Below, one piece after another: positions 20,406-30,412 of a stretch of 64,000 nucleotides of DNA (the stretch's first letter is position 1; each line of letters starts with the position of its first letter). The position numbers were made by a program, and so were the translations under genes. Under the pieces are notes generated by a model. It saw only the letters and a program-made list of their open reading frames with translations. It was not told the DNA's origin and made no database searches. The stretch spans positions 2,592,001-2,656,000 of the forward strand of contig OZ244960.1 of NCBI GenBank assembly GCA_965222605.1. The letters are read 5' to 3'. This DNA comes from Candidatus Latescibacterota bacterium. Lineage in GTDB: Bacteria > Latescibacterota > UBA2968.

Positions 20406-20433
20406 GTAGGGGCGAGGCATGCCTCGCCCCTAC
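20406..20433. repeat. GTAG REP family A (perfect palindrome)
   Basis: GTAGGGGCGAGGCATGCCTCGCCCCTAC; other copies at 25333, 26899, 28741, 28863, 37373, 52888, 53520, 56913, 57225, 60940. Confidence 0.9.
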
Positions 20434-20665
20434 ACGGATTAACAATATCTCTACCTTTACAATTTAGCTTGCAAATAAGCAAAGAATGACTATATTGCAT
20501 ATTGAGTGAGAATGCGGAATTGTGGGTATCGCAGAGCTTCCCCTATCTCTGCTAACTGTGCCCTCCCTTCGAGTATCTCGCTTTTTTTCCCTCTTATTCG
20601 TTCCGACTCTCTGTTTGTATCAGAGAGCGGTGTAGTGTGTTTTACACCTGTTAAGGAATCCCGCA

Positions 20666-20881
20666 ATGGACGACACGGCATTGTTGAAACTGCTGGCGGC
20701 TGGGATTGGCGAAGAAGTTGCTGCGACACAATTGAACATTTCTCCCCAACAAGTCAAAGGACGAATTAGAGAATATTTGCATGCAGGCATCTTGAATTGC
20801 AATGGCGAACGCGAAACCATCAATTGGAAAGCCTTTGGCAAATGGAAAAAACTGGCACAAACAGTTGAAACCGTGCAATAA
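20666..20881 (+). CDS. Small HTH-like protein
   Basis: RBS AAGGA; LLAAGIGEEVAATQLNISPQQVKGRI resembles a LuxR/sigma4-type HTH. Confidence 0.6.
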   Translation: MDDTALLKLLAAGIGEEVAATQLNISPQQVKGRIREYLHAGILNCNGERETINWKAFGKWKKLAQTVETVQ

Positions 20882-20910
20882 AAAAAGCCAAAACGGACTT
20901 AAATAATAAG

Positions 20911-22176
20911 GTGGGCAGTCGCCAGTGTGCAACTGCCCGTTTTTTATCGGGAGAAAAAAGGTTGAGAACTGGTAGATGGTATAAATCCCTTTTCCTTTTC
21001 TTTCTGGTACACTTCGCGACATCTGTCTCAGCGACACAGGTACAAATGGGTGTAGATGTATTCCTGGAAAACCACACCCATCTGGTAACAAACGCACGGG
21101 TCGGATTGATCACCAATCCCACGGGACGCACAGCAACAGGCATCACAACCGTCAATGCCCTGAAACAGCACCCCGACGTAAATCTCGTCGCACTATTTGC
21201 ACTTGAACACGGAATCAAAGCAAAAACAAAAGCCGGCGAACATGTGCGCGACACGCAAATCGACAGCTTGCCCGTATATTCGCTCTACGGAAGCGGCCGC
21301 TCCATAGAATCCGCATTGGACAAAATCGATGTCATAATCTACGACATACAGGATGTGGGAAGCAGAGCCTATACCTACATCTGGAGCCTGGTCAAAATCC
21401 TGAAAGCCGCGGGCGAACACGACAAGCGCGTCATCGTCCTCGACCGCCCCAATCCCCTCGGCGGGCGAACAGTAGATGGTCCCATAACCGAAGAAAAATG
21501 GCTATCGTTAATTGGGGGGCTACATCCAGTACCCCGCGCGTATGGGCTTACAGTTGGAGAACTCGCGCGATATCTCAACCGGGAACACATGCTCGCGTGT
21601 TCCCTCACAGTCGTACCCATGGAAGGATACCAGCGCAACACGCGCTGGACAGACATCGGACGCGATTGGGTCCCTCCATCGCCCAATATCCCATCGCCCG
21701 AATCTGCCATAACCTTTGCCGCAACCGGAACCATGGGCGAACTGGGAACCTTACACATCGGCGTTGGAACCGACATGCCCTTTCAAATCGTCGGCGCGCC
21801 GTGGATCAACGCAGAAAAAACAGCCCGTGACCTGAACGCCATGCAACTGCCCGGCGTACAATTTCAACCCATAACACTTGTACCCGACACCTATCTCTTT
21901 CGCAACCAAAAAATAGAAGCTATATTTCTGGACATAACAGACCCCATCGCCTTTCGCCCAACGCGCACAGAAGTAGCCATACTCGCCCATCTTGTGGCAA
22001 CATATCCCGAATTCAAAATCCCAAAAGACCGGTATAGCCGATTCGACCGCCCTATGGGAACCAGCACCGTGCGCGAAGCCCTCTTAAAAGGCCACACCGC
22101 GAAAAAAATTTGGGAACATTGGGAATCGGAATTGGAGGAATTTTCCACCGCGCGGGAAAATTACTTGTTGTATTAA
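20911..22176 (+). CDS. namZ: DUF1343 family exo-beta-N-acetylmuramidase (NamZ/YbbC-like)
   Basis: GLITNPTG, EHG, DIQDVGSRAYTYI, LDRPNPLGG, WVPPSPNIP; start may be TTG 20962. Confidence 0.88.
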   Translation: MGSRQCATARFLSGEKRLRTGRWYKSLFLFFLVHFATSVSATQVQMGVDVFLENHTHLVTNARVGLITNPTGRTATGITTVNALKQHPDVNLVALFALEHGIKAKTKAGEHVRDTQIDSLPVYSLYGSGRSIESALDKIDVIIYDIQDVGSRAYTYIWSLVKILKAAGEHDKRVIVLDRPNPLGGRTVDGPITEEKWLSLIGGLHPVPRAYGLTVGELARYLNREHMLACSLTVVPMEGYQRNTRWTDIGRDWVPPSPNIPSPESAITFAATGTMGELGTLHIGVGTDMPFQIVGAPWINAEKTARDLNAMQLPGVQFQPITLVPDTYLFRNQKIEAIFLDITDPIAFRPTRTEVAILAHLVATYPEFKIPKDRYSRFDRPMGTSTVREALLKGHTAKKIWEHWESELEEFSTARENYLLY

Positions 22177-22188
22177 AAGGAGCACCCC

Positions 22189-22812
22189 ATGCCCGGCATC
22201 ATCTTCTGGGATGTCGATACCCAATACGACTTCATCATGCCCGACGGCAAACTCTACGTCACCGCATCGGAAACGCGCTTGCCAAACCTCAAAAAACTCA
22301 CAGACCACGCAAGACAACGGGGCATCCCCATCTTCGGCTCGGTTGACAACCACCAGCCATCTGACCCCGAAATCTCCGACAACCCGGACTTCCTAAAAAC
22401 CTTTCCCCCCCACTGCATCGCCAGCACAGCCGGACAAAAAAAAGTACCCGAAACCCAACCGCAAAACCCCCTCTGGATCGACCCGCACACCTCGGGCGAC
22501 CTCATCAGCCAGGTACAAAAACACCGCGGTGAAATCATCTTTCGCAAACAGCGCTTCGACGTCTTCACCAACCCCAACGTCGAACCCGTACTCAACGCCA
22601 TCAAACCGGACCGCATCGTACTCTACGGCGTTGCCCTCGACGTCTGCAACGCCTATGCAATTCACGGCTTCTTAAAACGCAACACAGCACCCATCTATCT
22701 CGTCCTGGACGCCTCACAAGCCATCGACCCCAAACGCGGCGACCGCCTGGTAGCCGACTGGCAACAACAGGGCGTCAAAATCGTATCGACCGAACACATC
22801 GTCAACCCGTAA
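22189..22812 (+). CDS. Isochorismatase/nicotinamidase-family cysteine hydrolase
   Basis: DVDTQYDF, FPPHC, KQRFDVF, GVALDVC catalytic Cys. Confidence 0.88.
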   Translation: MPGIIFWDVDTQYDFIMPDGKLYVTASETRLPNLKKLTDHARQRGIPIFGSVDNHQPSDPEISDNPDFLKTFPPHCIASTAGQKKVPETQPQNPLWIDPHTSGDLISQVQKHRGEIIFRKQRFDVFTNPNVEPVLNAIKPDRIVLYGVALDVCNAYAIHGFLKRNTAPIYLVLDASQAIDPKRGDRLVADWQQQGVKIVSTEHIVNP

Positions 22813-22819
22813 CAAAAAC

Positions 22820-22886
22820 GGGCGGGCACGGGGACCCGCCCCTACAAACCACAACATCACCGTAGGGACGGTCCCTGTGCCGTCCC
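22820..22886. repeat. REP family C + family B (reverse)
   Basis: Copies at 22820-22845 and 22862-22886. Confidence 0.85.
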
Positions 22887-22915
22887 GAAATCATCAACAC
22901 ATAAAGATACCGCCT

Positions 22916-24700
22916 ATGAACGTCTTCCTCCGCCTCATCACCTATGTTCGCCCTTACCTCGGTCGCGTGTGCGTCGGCATCGGCGCCACCCTCGTCATTA
23001 TCGGCCTCGAAGCCGCGCAACCCCTGCTCATGCGCGAAGTCATCGACAACATATTAACCCCCTACTTCACAGAAGGGCGTTATATCGGCAACGACTTCTC
23101 CGACACAAAAATCGCAACCGACTTCGACCTCCTCCAATTCTACGCCCTGCTCCTGCTCGGCGTCTATATCCTCCACACCATCTTCAGCTTCATCAGCCGC
23201 TACTTACTCAACCGAACGGGCCAGGACATCCTCTTCAGCCTCCGCGTCCAGGTCTATGACCACCTCCAGCACCTGGGACTGCGCTTTTACAACGACCGCA
23301 GCACCGGCGAATTAATGTCCCGCGTAACCGCCGACGTCGAATCCCTCCAAAACACCATCACCGACACCCTGGAACGCGTACTCGTCAATATCGCAACCAT
23401 CCTCATCTTTGGCGGCATCCTCTTTGGACTCAGCTTTGAACTCGCCCTCATCACCCTATTACCCCTGCCGCTATACAGCCTACTCATCATCTTCTACAAC
23501 CGCACCGTGCGCCCCTATTACACCATGGCACGCGAGCGCATTGCCGACATCAGTGCCCTCCTGCAAGACAACCTCTCGGGCATCCGCGTCATCAAATGCT
23601 TTGCCCGAGAGGACCACGAACTCTCTCGCTTCACCCAAAAATGCAAAGCCTTCCTCACCATCAGCATCACCATCATCAAAACCCGCGTGGCTTTTTTCCC
23701 CGTTGCCCGATTGGTCATCTCAATGGGACCCCTCCTCATCCTCCTCTTTGGCGGGCGACAAATCATCTCGGGCGACCTCACCATCGGCACCCTCTTCGCC
23801 TTTCAAAGCTTTCTCTGGCGCTTCTACGGCCCCGTAGAAAGCCTCACCCGCATCAACGACACCATCGTGCGCGCAGCCGCCTCAGCGCGTCGCATTTTTG
23901 AAATACTGGACACCCAACCCGAAATAAAAGACACCCCCAATGCCCAAACTTATGGGCACCTGGACGGCCGCGTCGAATTTCAAAACGTCACCTTTGCCTA
24001 CGAGCATGGGCCACCCGTCCTCCACGACGTATCCCTCAACGTACAACCCGGCCAACTCATCGGCCTCGTTGGCCCCAGCGGCGCGGGCAAAACCACCATC
24101 ATCAACCTCATCTGCCGCTTCTACGACCCCGATTCTGGCGCCGTGCGCGTTGACGACCACGACCTCAAAAACATGCAACGCGCATCCTTGCGCAGCCAAA
24201 TAGGCATGGTCTTGCAAGAACCCTTCCTCTTCAATGGAACCATCCGCGAAAACATCGCCTATGGCAAACTCAACGCCACCGAAGCCGACATCATCAACGC
24301 CGCCATGATGGCCAACGCCCACGACTTTGTTTCCGGATTCCCCGACGCTTATGACACCCACATTGGCGAACGGGGCGTGCGCTTATCCGGCGGCGAAAAA
24401 CAGCGCATCTCCATAGCCCGCGCCATCCTCAACGACCCGCGCATCCTCATCCTGGACGAAGCCACATCCTCTGTTGACACCGAAACCGAAATGCTCATCC
24501 AAAACGCCCTTGAACGCCTCATGGAAAGCCGCACCACCTTTGCAATCGCCCACCGCTTATCCACTGTGCGCCGCGCCGACTGCCTCTACGTCATCGACCG
24601 CGGCAAAATCGTCGAATCGGGCACACACACCCAGCTACTCGCCAGTGACGGCCTCTACGCCCATTTGTGCGACATGCAATTCGCGCTTGAAGAGGCATGA
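22916..24700 (+). CDS. ABC exporter, fused permease/ATP-binding protein
   Basis: TM domain; GPSGAGKT, LSGGEKQR, ILDEATS, IAHRLST. Confidence 0.95.
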   Translation: MNVFLRLITYVRPYLGRVCVGIGATLVIIGLEAAQPLLMREVIDNILTPYFTEGRYIGNDFSDTKIATDFDLLQFYALLLLGVYILHTIFSFISRYLLNRTGQDILFSLRVQVYDHLQHLGLRFYNDRSTGELMSRVTADVESLQNTITDTLERVLVNIATILIFGGILFGLSFELALITLLPLPLYSLLIIFYNRTVRPYYTMARERIADISALLQDNLSGIRVIKCFAREDHELSRFTQKCKAFLTISITIIKTRVAFFPVARLVISMGPLLILLFGGRQIISGDLTIGTLFAFQSFLWRFYGPVESLTRINDTIVRAAASARRIFEILDTQPEIKDTPNAQTYGHLDGRVEFQNVTFAYEHGPPVLHDVSLNVQPGQLIGLVGPSGAGKTTIINLICRFYDPDSGAVRVDDHDLKNMQRASLRSQIGMVLQEPFLFNGTIRENIAYGKLNATEADIINAAMMANAHDFVSGFPDAYDTHIGERGVRLSGGEKQRISIARAILNDPRILILDEATSSVDTETEMLIQNALERLMESRTTFAIAHRLSTVRRADCLYVIDRGKIVESGTHTQLLASDGLYAHLCDMQFALEEA

Positions 24701-24701
24701 C

Positions 24702-25241
24702 ATGAACCTCATCACACAAAACCAACTCATTCCCCAGGCCATTGACATACGTCAAAACGGCGATGGCCTGCTCCTCTTCGCCGACGGTGAGGAACAGGCC
24801 ATAGATCGGGTGGTCCTTTGTTTTCCCTTTTCCACGCCCGACCAATGGATCAGTCTCCGCGACCGGGACGGAACCGAACTCGGCCTCTTGCCCACACTCG
24901 ACGGATTGAATGCACAAGCGCGGAAACTCATTGAAACGCACCTCAAAGGCCGCTACGACATCCCCAAAATCCAAACCATCCTCAACATCGAAAGCAGCAA
25001 AGAAGGCGGCACAGTCTGGGACATCGACACCGACGCGGGGCCCATGAGCTTCACAATCCGCGGCGACCAGAACCTCAACGCATTTCCCGAAATCGTATTC
25101 ACCGATGCCATAACGCGCAAACGCTACAAAATTTCCGACTACACCAAACTCGACCGCGCCAGCCAAAAAATCGCCCGTGCCTACCTGCCCATGGGCTCTC
25201 GTCACTACTCTGGGCGCCGCGGCGGCAGAAGCAGGAGGTAA
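24702..25241 (+). CDS. DUF1854-like protein
   Basis: CFPFSTPDQWISLRDRDGTELG, WDIDTDAG; starts 1 nt after the ABC gene stop. Confidence 0.75.
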   Translation: MNLITQNQLIPQAIDIRQNGDGLLLFADGEEQAIDRVVLCFPFSTPDQWISLRDRDGTELGLLPTLDGLNAQARKLIETHLKGRYDIPKIQTILNIESSKEGGTVWDIDTDAGPMSFTIRGDQNLNAFPEIVFTDAITRKRYKISDYTKLDRASQKIARAYLPMGSRHYSGRRGGRSRR

Positions 25242-25249
25242 AACAAAAA

Positions 25250-25356
25250 GGCCGACCACATGTGGTCGGCCCTACAACAACGGGCGGGCACGGGGACCCG
25301 CCCCTACAACACCCTGCCGCGATGACGAGTACGGGCGAGGCATGCCTCGCCCCTAC
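25250..25356. repeat. REP cluster (variant palindrome, family C, D half, family A)
   Basis: GGCCGACCACATGTGGTCGGCCCTAC; C at 25282-25307; A at 25333-25356. Confidence 0.85.
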
Positions 25357-25358
25357 AC

Positions 25359-25433
25359 CCTTCACACCCTTCACCCTTCACCCTTCACCCTTCACCCTTC
25401 ACCCTTCACCCTTCACCCTTCACCCCTTCACCC
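25359..25433. repeat. Heptamer tandem repeat (CCTTCAC)n
   Basis: About 10 units with two indels, overlapping the pafA 3' end. Confidence 0.92.
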
Positions 25434-26880
25434 GCCTCAAGCCCATCATCTTCGACGCGATCTCGACCTCCTCGGCAAACGCCTTCACCTCATCGTCGTA
25501 CGTATCAAACGGCTCGCGGAAACTCAAATGGAATTCATTTTCCAAATACACCGAATCCCAATCCACAATATACCGCACCCGATTTTTCGACAACGTCTTC
25601 ACCATCGCCGCACGCGCCTTTGCCCGCGTATCAGCCGGAGGCGTCGTACAAGCCTGTTCAACGCGCTCATCCGTCAGCACCCGCTGCATCTTACCCTGCT
25701 GCACCAGATCAAAATACAACCCGCGATTGGGATCAATATTGTGATACTCCAGATCCAAACTCTGCAACCACGGATCGTTCCAACTCAAATTTTCCGACTC
25801 GCGAAACGCATCCAACAACCACTTCTTCGCCACCCAGTCCACACGATCTGTCAACTGCATCGGATCGGACTCCAGATCATCCAGCGTGCGCTCCCACTCA
25901 TCCAGCACCCAATCCGACTCCTCATCCAGACCTCTCAAGTGGCGTTGTGACAAATCCAAATAATTGCGCTGTACATCAATAGCCGAAATAGACCGCCCAT
26001 TCTGCCGATCCAGAATCCACTTATATGTTGGATCCCGCGAAATCTCCTTCAGTGCCCACACCGGATCACCCACCCCCATATCCTGAGGAAAAATTTTGCG
26101 CTCCAGAAGATTTAGCACCATCGCAGTCGTGCCAACCTTCAGAGCCGTCGCATACTCCGACATATTTGAATCGCCCACCAGAAGGTGCAAACGGCGGTAT
26201 TTGCTGTGATCTGCCAGCGGTTCATCTCGCGTATTGATAATCGCGCGAGAAAACTGGATCCACTGATAAATCTCTGTCACAATATGATCGGCACGCTGAG
26301 AAATCTGGAAAGAGACAGAATCCTCTGGATCAGCGGCATCTCGCACATTTTGCCCATAATAATAAAAACTGTCGTCATAACTGCCCACGCGACCTGCACC
26401 GCAAAAAATCTGGCGCGTCACCAAAAACGGCAACAGCGCGGGAATGACAACAGTTGAAAACGGCACATTGCGCCTGACCAGATAATTTTCATGACAGCCA
26501 AACGTCGCACCCGTATAATGATCGATATTATTCTTTAAAAACGACGCTTCTTTCGCCAACCCCAGCGCGTGCAATGCCCGGTGCAAAATGAGATCGCCAG
26601 CCCGATCAAACGCCACAATATCCCACAACCCCATACACTCCGGCGTGGCGTATTCCAGATGCCCCATATCGATATAAACCCGCCCCGCATTAAACAAAAA
26701 ACCCCCATTGCCCGGGGGTTCATCCCGTCCGCGATAGTGAATATCCACAATCCCCATTCGGTCAACGTGAAAAATGTGATCCTTCACCTTCACCGAAATC
26801 GTATCGGGACTCACAAAACCCTCGTGCTCGGGAGCCAAACACCCATATTCGGTTTCTATGCCAAAAATGCGATCTCTCAT
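25420..26880 (-). CDS. pafA: Pup/UBact-protein ligase
   Basis: RIFGIETEYG, NAGRVYIDMGHLEYATPEC, GCHENY, INTRDEPLAD..YRRLHLLVGDSN; last gene of the operon. Confidence 0.9.
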   Translation of the reverse strand: MRDRIFGIETEYGCLAPEHEGFVSPDTISVKVKDHIFHVDRMGIVDIHYRGRDEPPGNGGFLFNAGRVYIDMGHLEYATPECMGLWDIVAFDRAGDLILHRALHALGLAKEASFLKNNIDHYTGATFGCHENYLVRRNVPFSTVVIPALLPFLVTRQIFCGAGRVGSYDDSFYYYGQNVRDAADPEDSVSFQISQRADHIVTEIYQWIQFSRAIINTRDEPLADHSKYRRLHLLVGDSNMSEYATALKVGTTAMVLNLLERKIFPQDMGVGDPVWALKEISRDPTYKWILDRQNGRSISAIDVQRNYLDLSQRHLRGLDEESDWVLDEWERTLDDLESDPMQLTDRVDWVAKKWLLDAFRESENLSWNDPWLQSLDLEYHNIDPNRGLYFDLVQQGKMQRVLTDERVEQACTTPPADTRAKARAAMVKTLSKNRVRYIVDWDSVYLENEFHLSFREPFDTYDDEVKAFAEEVEIASKMMGLRRVKG

Positions 26881-26918
26881 GTGAGCCTCTCACTGACAGG
26901 GCGAGGCATGCCTCGCCC

Positions 26919-27710
26919 CTACAATATAAACTGTGCCAAAGCGGGCGAAATCTCTTCTGTATCGACATTGCGATATTTGTTTTTTCCCAACTGCGACCGC
27001 CCGAGCACCACCGCCTCCACCTCTAAATTTTCCAGCTCCGTACTAAGCACATCAGCCACATCGACTACCCCCGCCATCTGCTCGAGCTCTTCAGCATCGG
27101 TGGGCACCTCATCCATCTTCCCAACCCATCGTCCCATTGCCCAGGCGCGCAGCGCAGCACCCGCGGCATCCGACAAAGACAACGCGCCCGTATCCAAATC
27201 CGACAACTCGCGCCCCATCATCACATCCGCCTCCACAACGCCGCCCACAACAGCCCATCCCTCGTGACGGTGAAACGCGCCATCGTAATCCACAGAATAA
27301 AAAATCTGCGCCCCCTCCTGCCCGTCCAGCTCAGCGAGAAGCACCCGCGCCAAAAACGGAGAATGCACCACATCGTCAAACCCCGCCTTTATCGCAGGAC
27401 CGAGACCAAAATACACAATTTGACGCAGCGTCACATCGTCCTCTGAATAATTAAACCCAATCGAATGCGCCATATCAATCGCAGCCTGCCTGAGCCTCTC
27501 GATATCCGTGGAATGCCCAATAGCCGCAAGCCCAATGCGATTGTACACCTCAAACAATTTCTGCTGACTCTGCGACAGCGTCAGCAACAAAACACCGCTA
27601 TCGTATCCCACACCCACAACCGGACTACCCGCCCGAATTTGATCTTCAATATAATCGCGCCGATTCGCAACCGCCTCTGCCCAGCGATACGGCTCATCTG
27701 ACAACATCAT
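26919..27710 (-). CDS. prcA: 20S proteasome alpha subunit
   Basis: EPYRWAEAVANRRDYIEDQI, KLFEVYNRIGLAAIG; follows prcB. Confidence 0.88.
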   Translation of the reverse strand: MMLSDEPYRWAEAVANRRDYIEDQIRAGSPVVGVGYDSGVLLLTLSQSQQKLFEVYNRIGLAAIGHSTDIERLRQAAIDMAHSIGFNYSEDDVTLRQIVYFGLGPAIKAGFDDVVHSPFLARVLLAELDGQEGAQIFYSVDYDGAFHRHEGWAVVGGVVEADVMMGRELSDLDTGALSLSDAAGAALRAWAMGRWVGKMDEVPTDAEELEQMAGVVDVADVLSTELENLEVEAVVLGRSQLGKNKYRNVDTEEISPALAQFIL

Positions 27711-28510
27711 GCGCGTCCCGCCTCCTCCCCATCCACATATTGAACATAAAGCCGCCGCAACGCCTCGGTCTCAATCTCTTCCAGACCCGACGCCGTAATC
27801 GTCTTCACCGACGGAAAAATATCAGCCGAACGCTCGTATCGCCCCGTAGCCGAATCGTATTCCGACGCCGTATCCAAAAGCTGAAGCGCGTGCCCGATTG
27901 CCGTATCGCGGTCCATATCGACAAAACGCCGACCGCTCCAGCGATTCAAATAATACATCGCCCCGCGAATCGCCGGCGACCCCGACCCCGTCGTCGTAAA
28001 ATCGGCACTTTCAAACTGCGCCCCCAACGCATCGTAAAAATAAATTTTGCCCCGCGCATCCACCAGATCATACGTCGCAAAAATTGGAATCACAGCACCA
28101 ATACCCTGCATCGCCAGCGGCAAATTATCCTTAATCAACAGCGACAACCGGCGCAACTTCGCCTGCAAACTCATCTCCTGAAGCAAACGGCGGCGATAAT
28201 ACTGAAACGCATGCTCCAAAATGCGCGCGATCTCAAACGCAATAGCTGGCGAACCCGAAATCGCCATCACCGAATACGCATCCAGATCAACCACCTTATC
28301 CGCGCGGTCATAAAGCACCATATTGCCCGCTGTAGCGCGGCGATCACCTGCAACGAGCACCCCATCGGCATATTGAAATGCCAGAATCGTCGTCGCATCC
28401 GTCGGCTCAAAAGGCAAATCGCGCCCGGACTGTACATCGCCCAAATTCTCACCCGGAAACCGGTAGCCCGTTTGCCGCAGCAAATCGACAAAATCCCCAC
28501 CCGATTGCAT
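27707..28510 (-). CDS. prcB: 20S proteasome beta subunit (with propeptide)
   Basis: TTILAFQYADGVLVAGDRRATAGN, DKV, TGSGS Ntn-hydrolase motifs. Confidence 0.93.
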   Translation of the reverse strand: MQSGGDFVDLLRQTGYRFPGENLGDVQSGRDLPFEPTDATTILAFQYADGVLVAGDRRATAGNMVLYDRADKVVDLDAYSVMAISGSPAIAFEIARILEHAFQYYRRRLLQEMSLQAKLRRLSLLIKDNLPLAMQGIGAVIPIFATYDLVDARGKIYFYDALGAQFESADFTTTGSGSPAIRGAMYYLNRWSGRRFVDMDRDTAIGHALQLLDTASEYDSATGRYERSADIFPSVKTITASGLEEIETEALRRLYVQYVDGEEAGRA

Positions 28511-28513
28511 AAT

Positions 28514-28705
28514 CTACTCGCCTGTACGCTGGCGATAACGCCGCGCCTGGTTGGGATCAACGCGCCGCATGCGCCGCATCAAATCGCGCGTATCTGGCCG
28601 CTCCACCTTCGGGCGTGCGGGACCACCATCGCCATCATCGCCCGGACCAGGTCCTCCCGGATCGACCGGCTTCGTCCGTCGCTCAAACTGCAAGACCTTA
28701 TCCAT
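28514..28705 (-). CDS. ubact: Prokaryotic ubiquitin-like protein UBact
   Basis: 63 aa, Gly/Pro-rich; ends LMRRMRRVDPNQARRYRQRTGE (R[ST]G[EQ] signature); lies between dop and prcB; RBS AAGGAGG. Confidence 0.92.
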   Translation of the reverse strand: MDKVLQFERRTKPVDPGGPGPGDDGDGGPARPKVERPDTRDLMRRMRRVDPNQARRYRQRTGE

Positions 28706-28740
28706 CTACGGCCTCCTTAATAAAAAAATGACCCACCTGC

Positions 28741-28886
28741 GGGCGAGGCATGCCTCGCCCCTACAAACCACAATATCTGCGGGCGGGCACGGGGACCCGC
28801 CCCTACAAACCACAATATCATCGTAGGGGACGGTCCCTGTGCCGTCCCGGATGTCCACCTGCGGGCGAGGCATGCCTCGCCCCTAC
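28741..28886. repeat. BIME-like REP cluster (A, C, B reverse, A) with repeated linkers
   Basis: Linker AAACCACAATATC occurs twice; CCACCTGC precedes both A copies. Confidence 0.88.
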
Positions 28887-30412
28887 GGATCTACCTTCTC
28901 CAACGCCTCTAAAAAACCCTCCAACGTCTCCGCACTATCCAACACCTCATTATAACGCTCTACCCGCCCCGCATCCACCAATAATTTCATATCCACCGCA
29001 TGCTGGCGGCCATTGCGCTTAAACACTATGCGATCCCAATTAATCGACGACACATAATCGCCAAACTTCTCCAAACTGCGCCCTCGAAAATACGCCCGCG
29101 TACCCGAAGGCGGTTCCGACATCGCCGCGGCCACCTCATCATCGCCCACCAGACGCACCATCTGCCCCTGCGACTCCAGCAAATAATACAACCCCTCATC
29201 CCGATTCACATTGCTATATTCCAGATCCTGACTCTGCATCCAGAACAAATCATCGGGATTATCCCACGCCAGATTCTCCGCCTCGCAAAAACTATCGATC
29301 AGCCACTTCTTCGTCACCCAATCGCACACACCCACCAGATCCATCGGATCGCGACTCAATTTCCCCAGCACATCGTCCCACGCCGACAACACCCAATCCG
29401 TCTCTCGATCGCGCCCGGCAAACTCGCGCCGCGCCAACGCCAAAAACGCATCCTGAATTTCAACCGCGGGAACGAGGCGACTGCCCGGACCCTCGACCTC
29501 CACCAACCACGCATGCGACTGATCTCGAGCGATATTCTTCATCGCCGCAATCGGATCCTTCAACCGATAATCGGGCAAACAATCCGCCTCAATCAAATCG
29601 ATCACCAGCGCCGTTGTCCCCACCTTAAGCGCCGTCATATACTCCGACATATTGGCATCGCCCACAATGACATGCAACCGGCGATAACGCGCTGCATCTG
29701 CGTGGGGTTCATCGCGCGTATTCACAACGGGACGCTTGTGCATCGTATCCACACTCGCGATCACCTCAAAAAACTCCGCGCGCTGCGACAACTGATAAAT
29801 CGGCGCCCGATCCTCCCGCTCAACACCCACCTTGCCAGCCCCGCAAAAAATCTGCCGCGTGGGAAAAAACTGCAACAACCCCTTCAATATACGCTCGAAA
29901 GGCACCGAACGATCCATCAAATAATTCTCGTGGCACCCATAGCTATGCCCTTCAAAATCCGTATTATTCTTATACATCCGCACAGCACCCTGATCCAGTA
30001 TCTCCGTCCGCCGCTGCGCGCAAATATCGACAATGCGCTCCCCCGCCTTATCCTGTGCCACAAGCTCGAACAAACTCACGCACTCACCCGTCGAATACTC
30101 CGGATGCGTATGATCGTTATAAAACCGGGAACCATTGTAAATAATCAAATCGCTCTTCAATTCCACAAACGGAATCTTGCGCTTGCGATCCTGTTGCAAA
30201 TGCACCTTTTCATCGGCATCATTCAACAGATTTTTAACTTCAAACCCCCGGTCATCCCGACGGGGGTTTTCCAATCGATAATCCCACAACGGAACAAACT
30301 TGCCCTGCTGATAGCAGCGGATCAACTGCATCGACTCTTCCACCACATCGACCCTATCCACCCCGTCGATCGTGATCCCATATTCCGTTTCCAGCCCAAA
30401 CAAACGCGTCAT
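28883..30412 (-). CDS. dop: Depupylase/deamidase Dop
   Basis: RLFGLETEYG, NGSRFYNDHTHPEYST, YKNNTD..GHSYGCHENY, TRDEPHAD. Confidence 0.9.
   Translation of the reverse strand: MTRLFGLETEYGITIDGVDRVDVVEESMQLIRCYQQGKFVPLWDYRLENPRRDDRGFEVKNLLNDADEKVHLQQDRKRKIPFVELKSDLIIYNGSRFYNDHTHPEYSTGECVSLFELVAQDKAGERIVDICAQRRTEILDQGAVRMYKNNTDFEGHSYGCHENYLMDRSVPFERILKGLLQFFPTRQIFCGAGKVGVEREDRAPIYQLSQRAEFFEVIASVDTMHKRPVVNTRDEPHADAARYRRLHVIVGDANMSEYMTALKVGTTALVIDLIEADCLPDYRLKDPIAAMKNIARDQSHAWLVEVEGPGSRLVPAVEIQDAFLALARREFAGRDRETDWVLSAWDDVLGKLSRDPMDLVGVCDWVTKKWLIDSFCEAENLAWDNPDDLFWMQSQDLEYSNVNRDEGLYYLLESQGQMVRLVGDDEVAAAMSEPPSGTRAYFRGRSLEKFGDYVSSINWDRIVFKRNGRQHAVDMKLLVDAGRVERYNEVLDSAETLEGFLEALEKVDP

Noticed and set aside
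25177-25950. ORFs with HPSPFTL peptide repeats
   Set aside because: Translation of the heptamer VNTR and REPs, antisense to pafA.
28514-28705. Classical Pup
   Set aside because: No C-terminal GG[EQ]; the RTGE ending fits UBact.
28741-28886. Possible mini CRISPR array
   Set aside because: Units belong to different dispersed palindrome families, linkers are short and repeated rather than unique spacers, and no cas genes are present.
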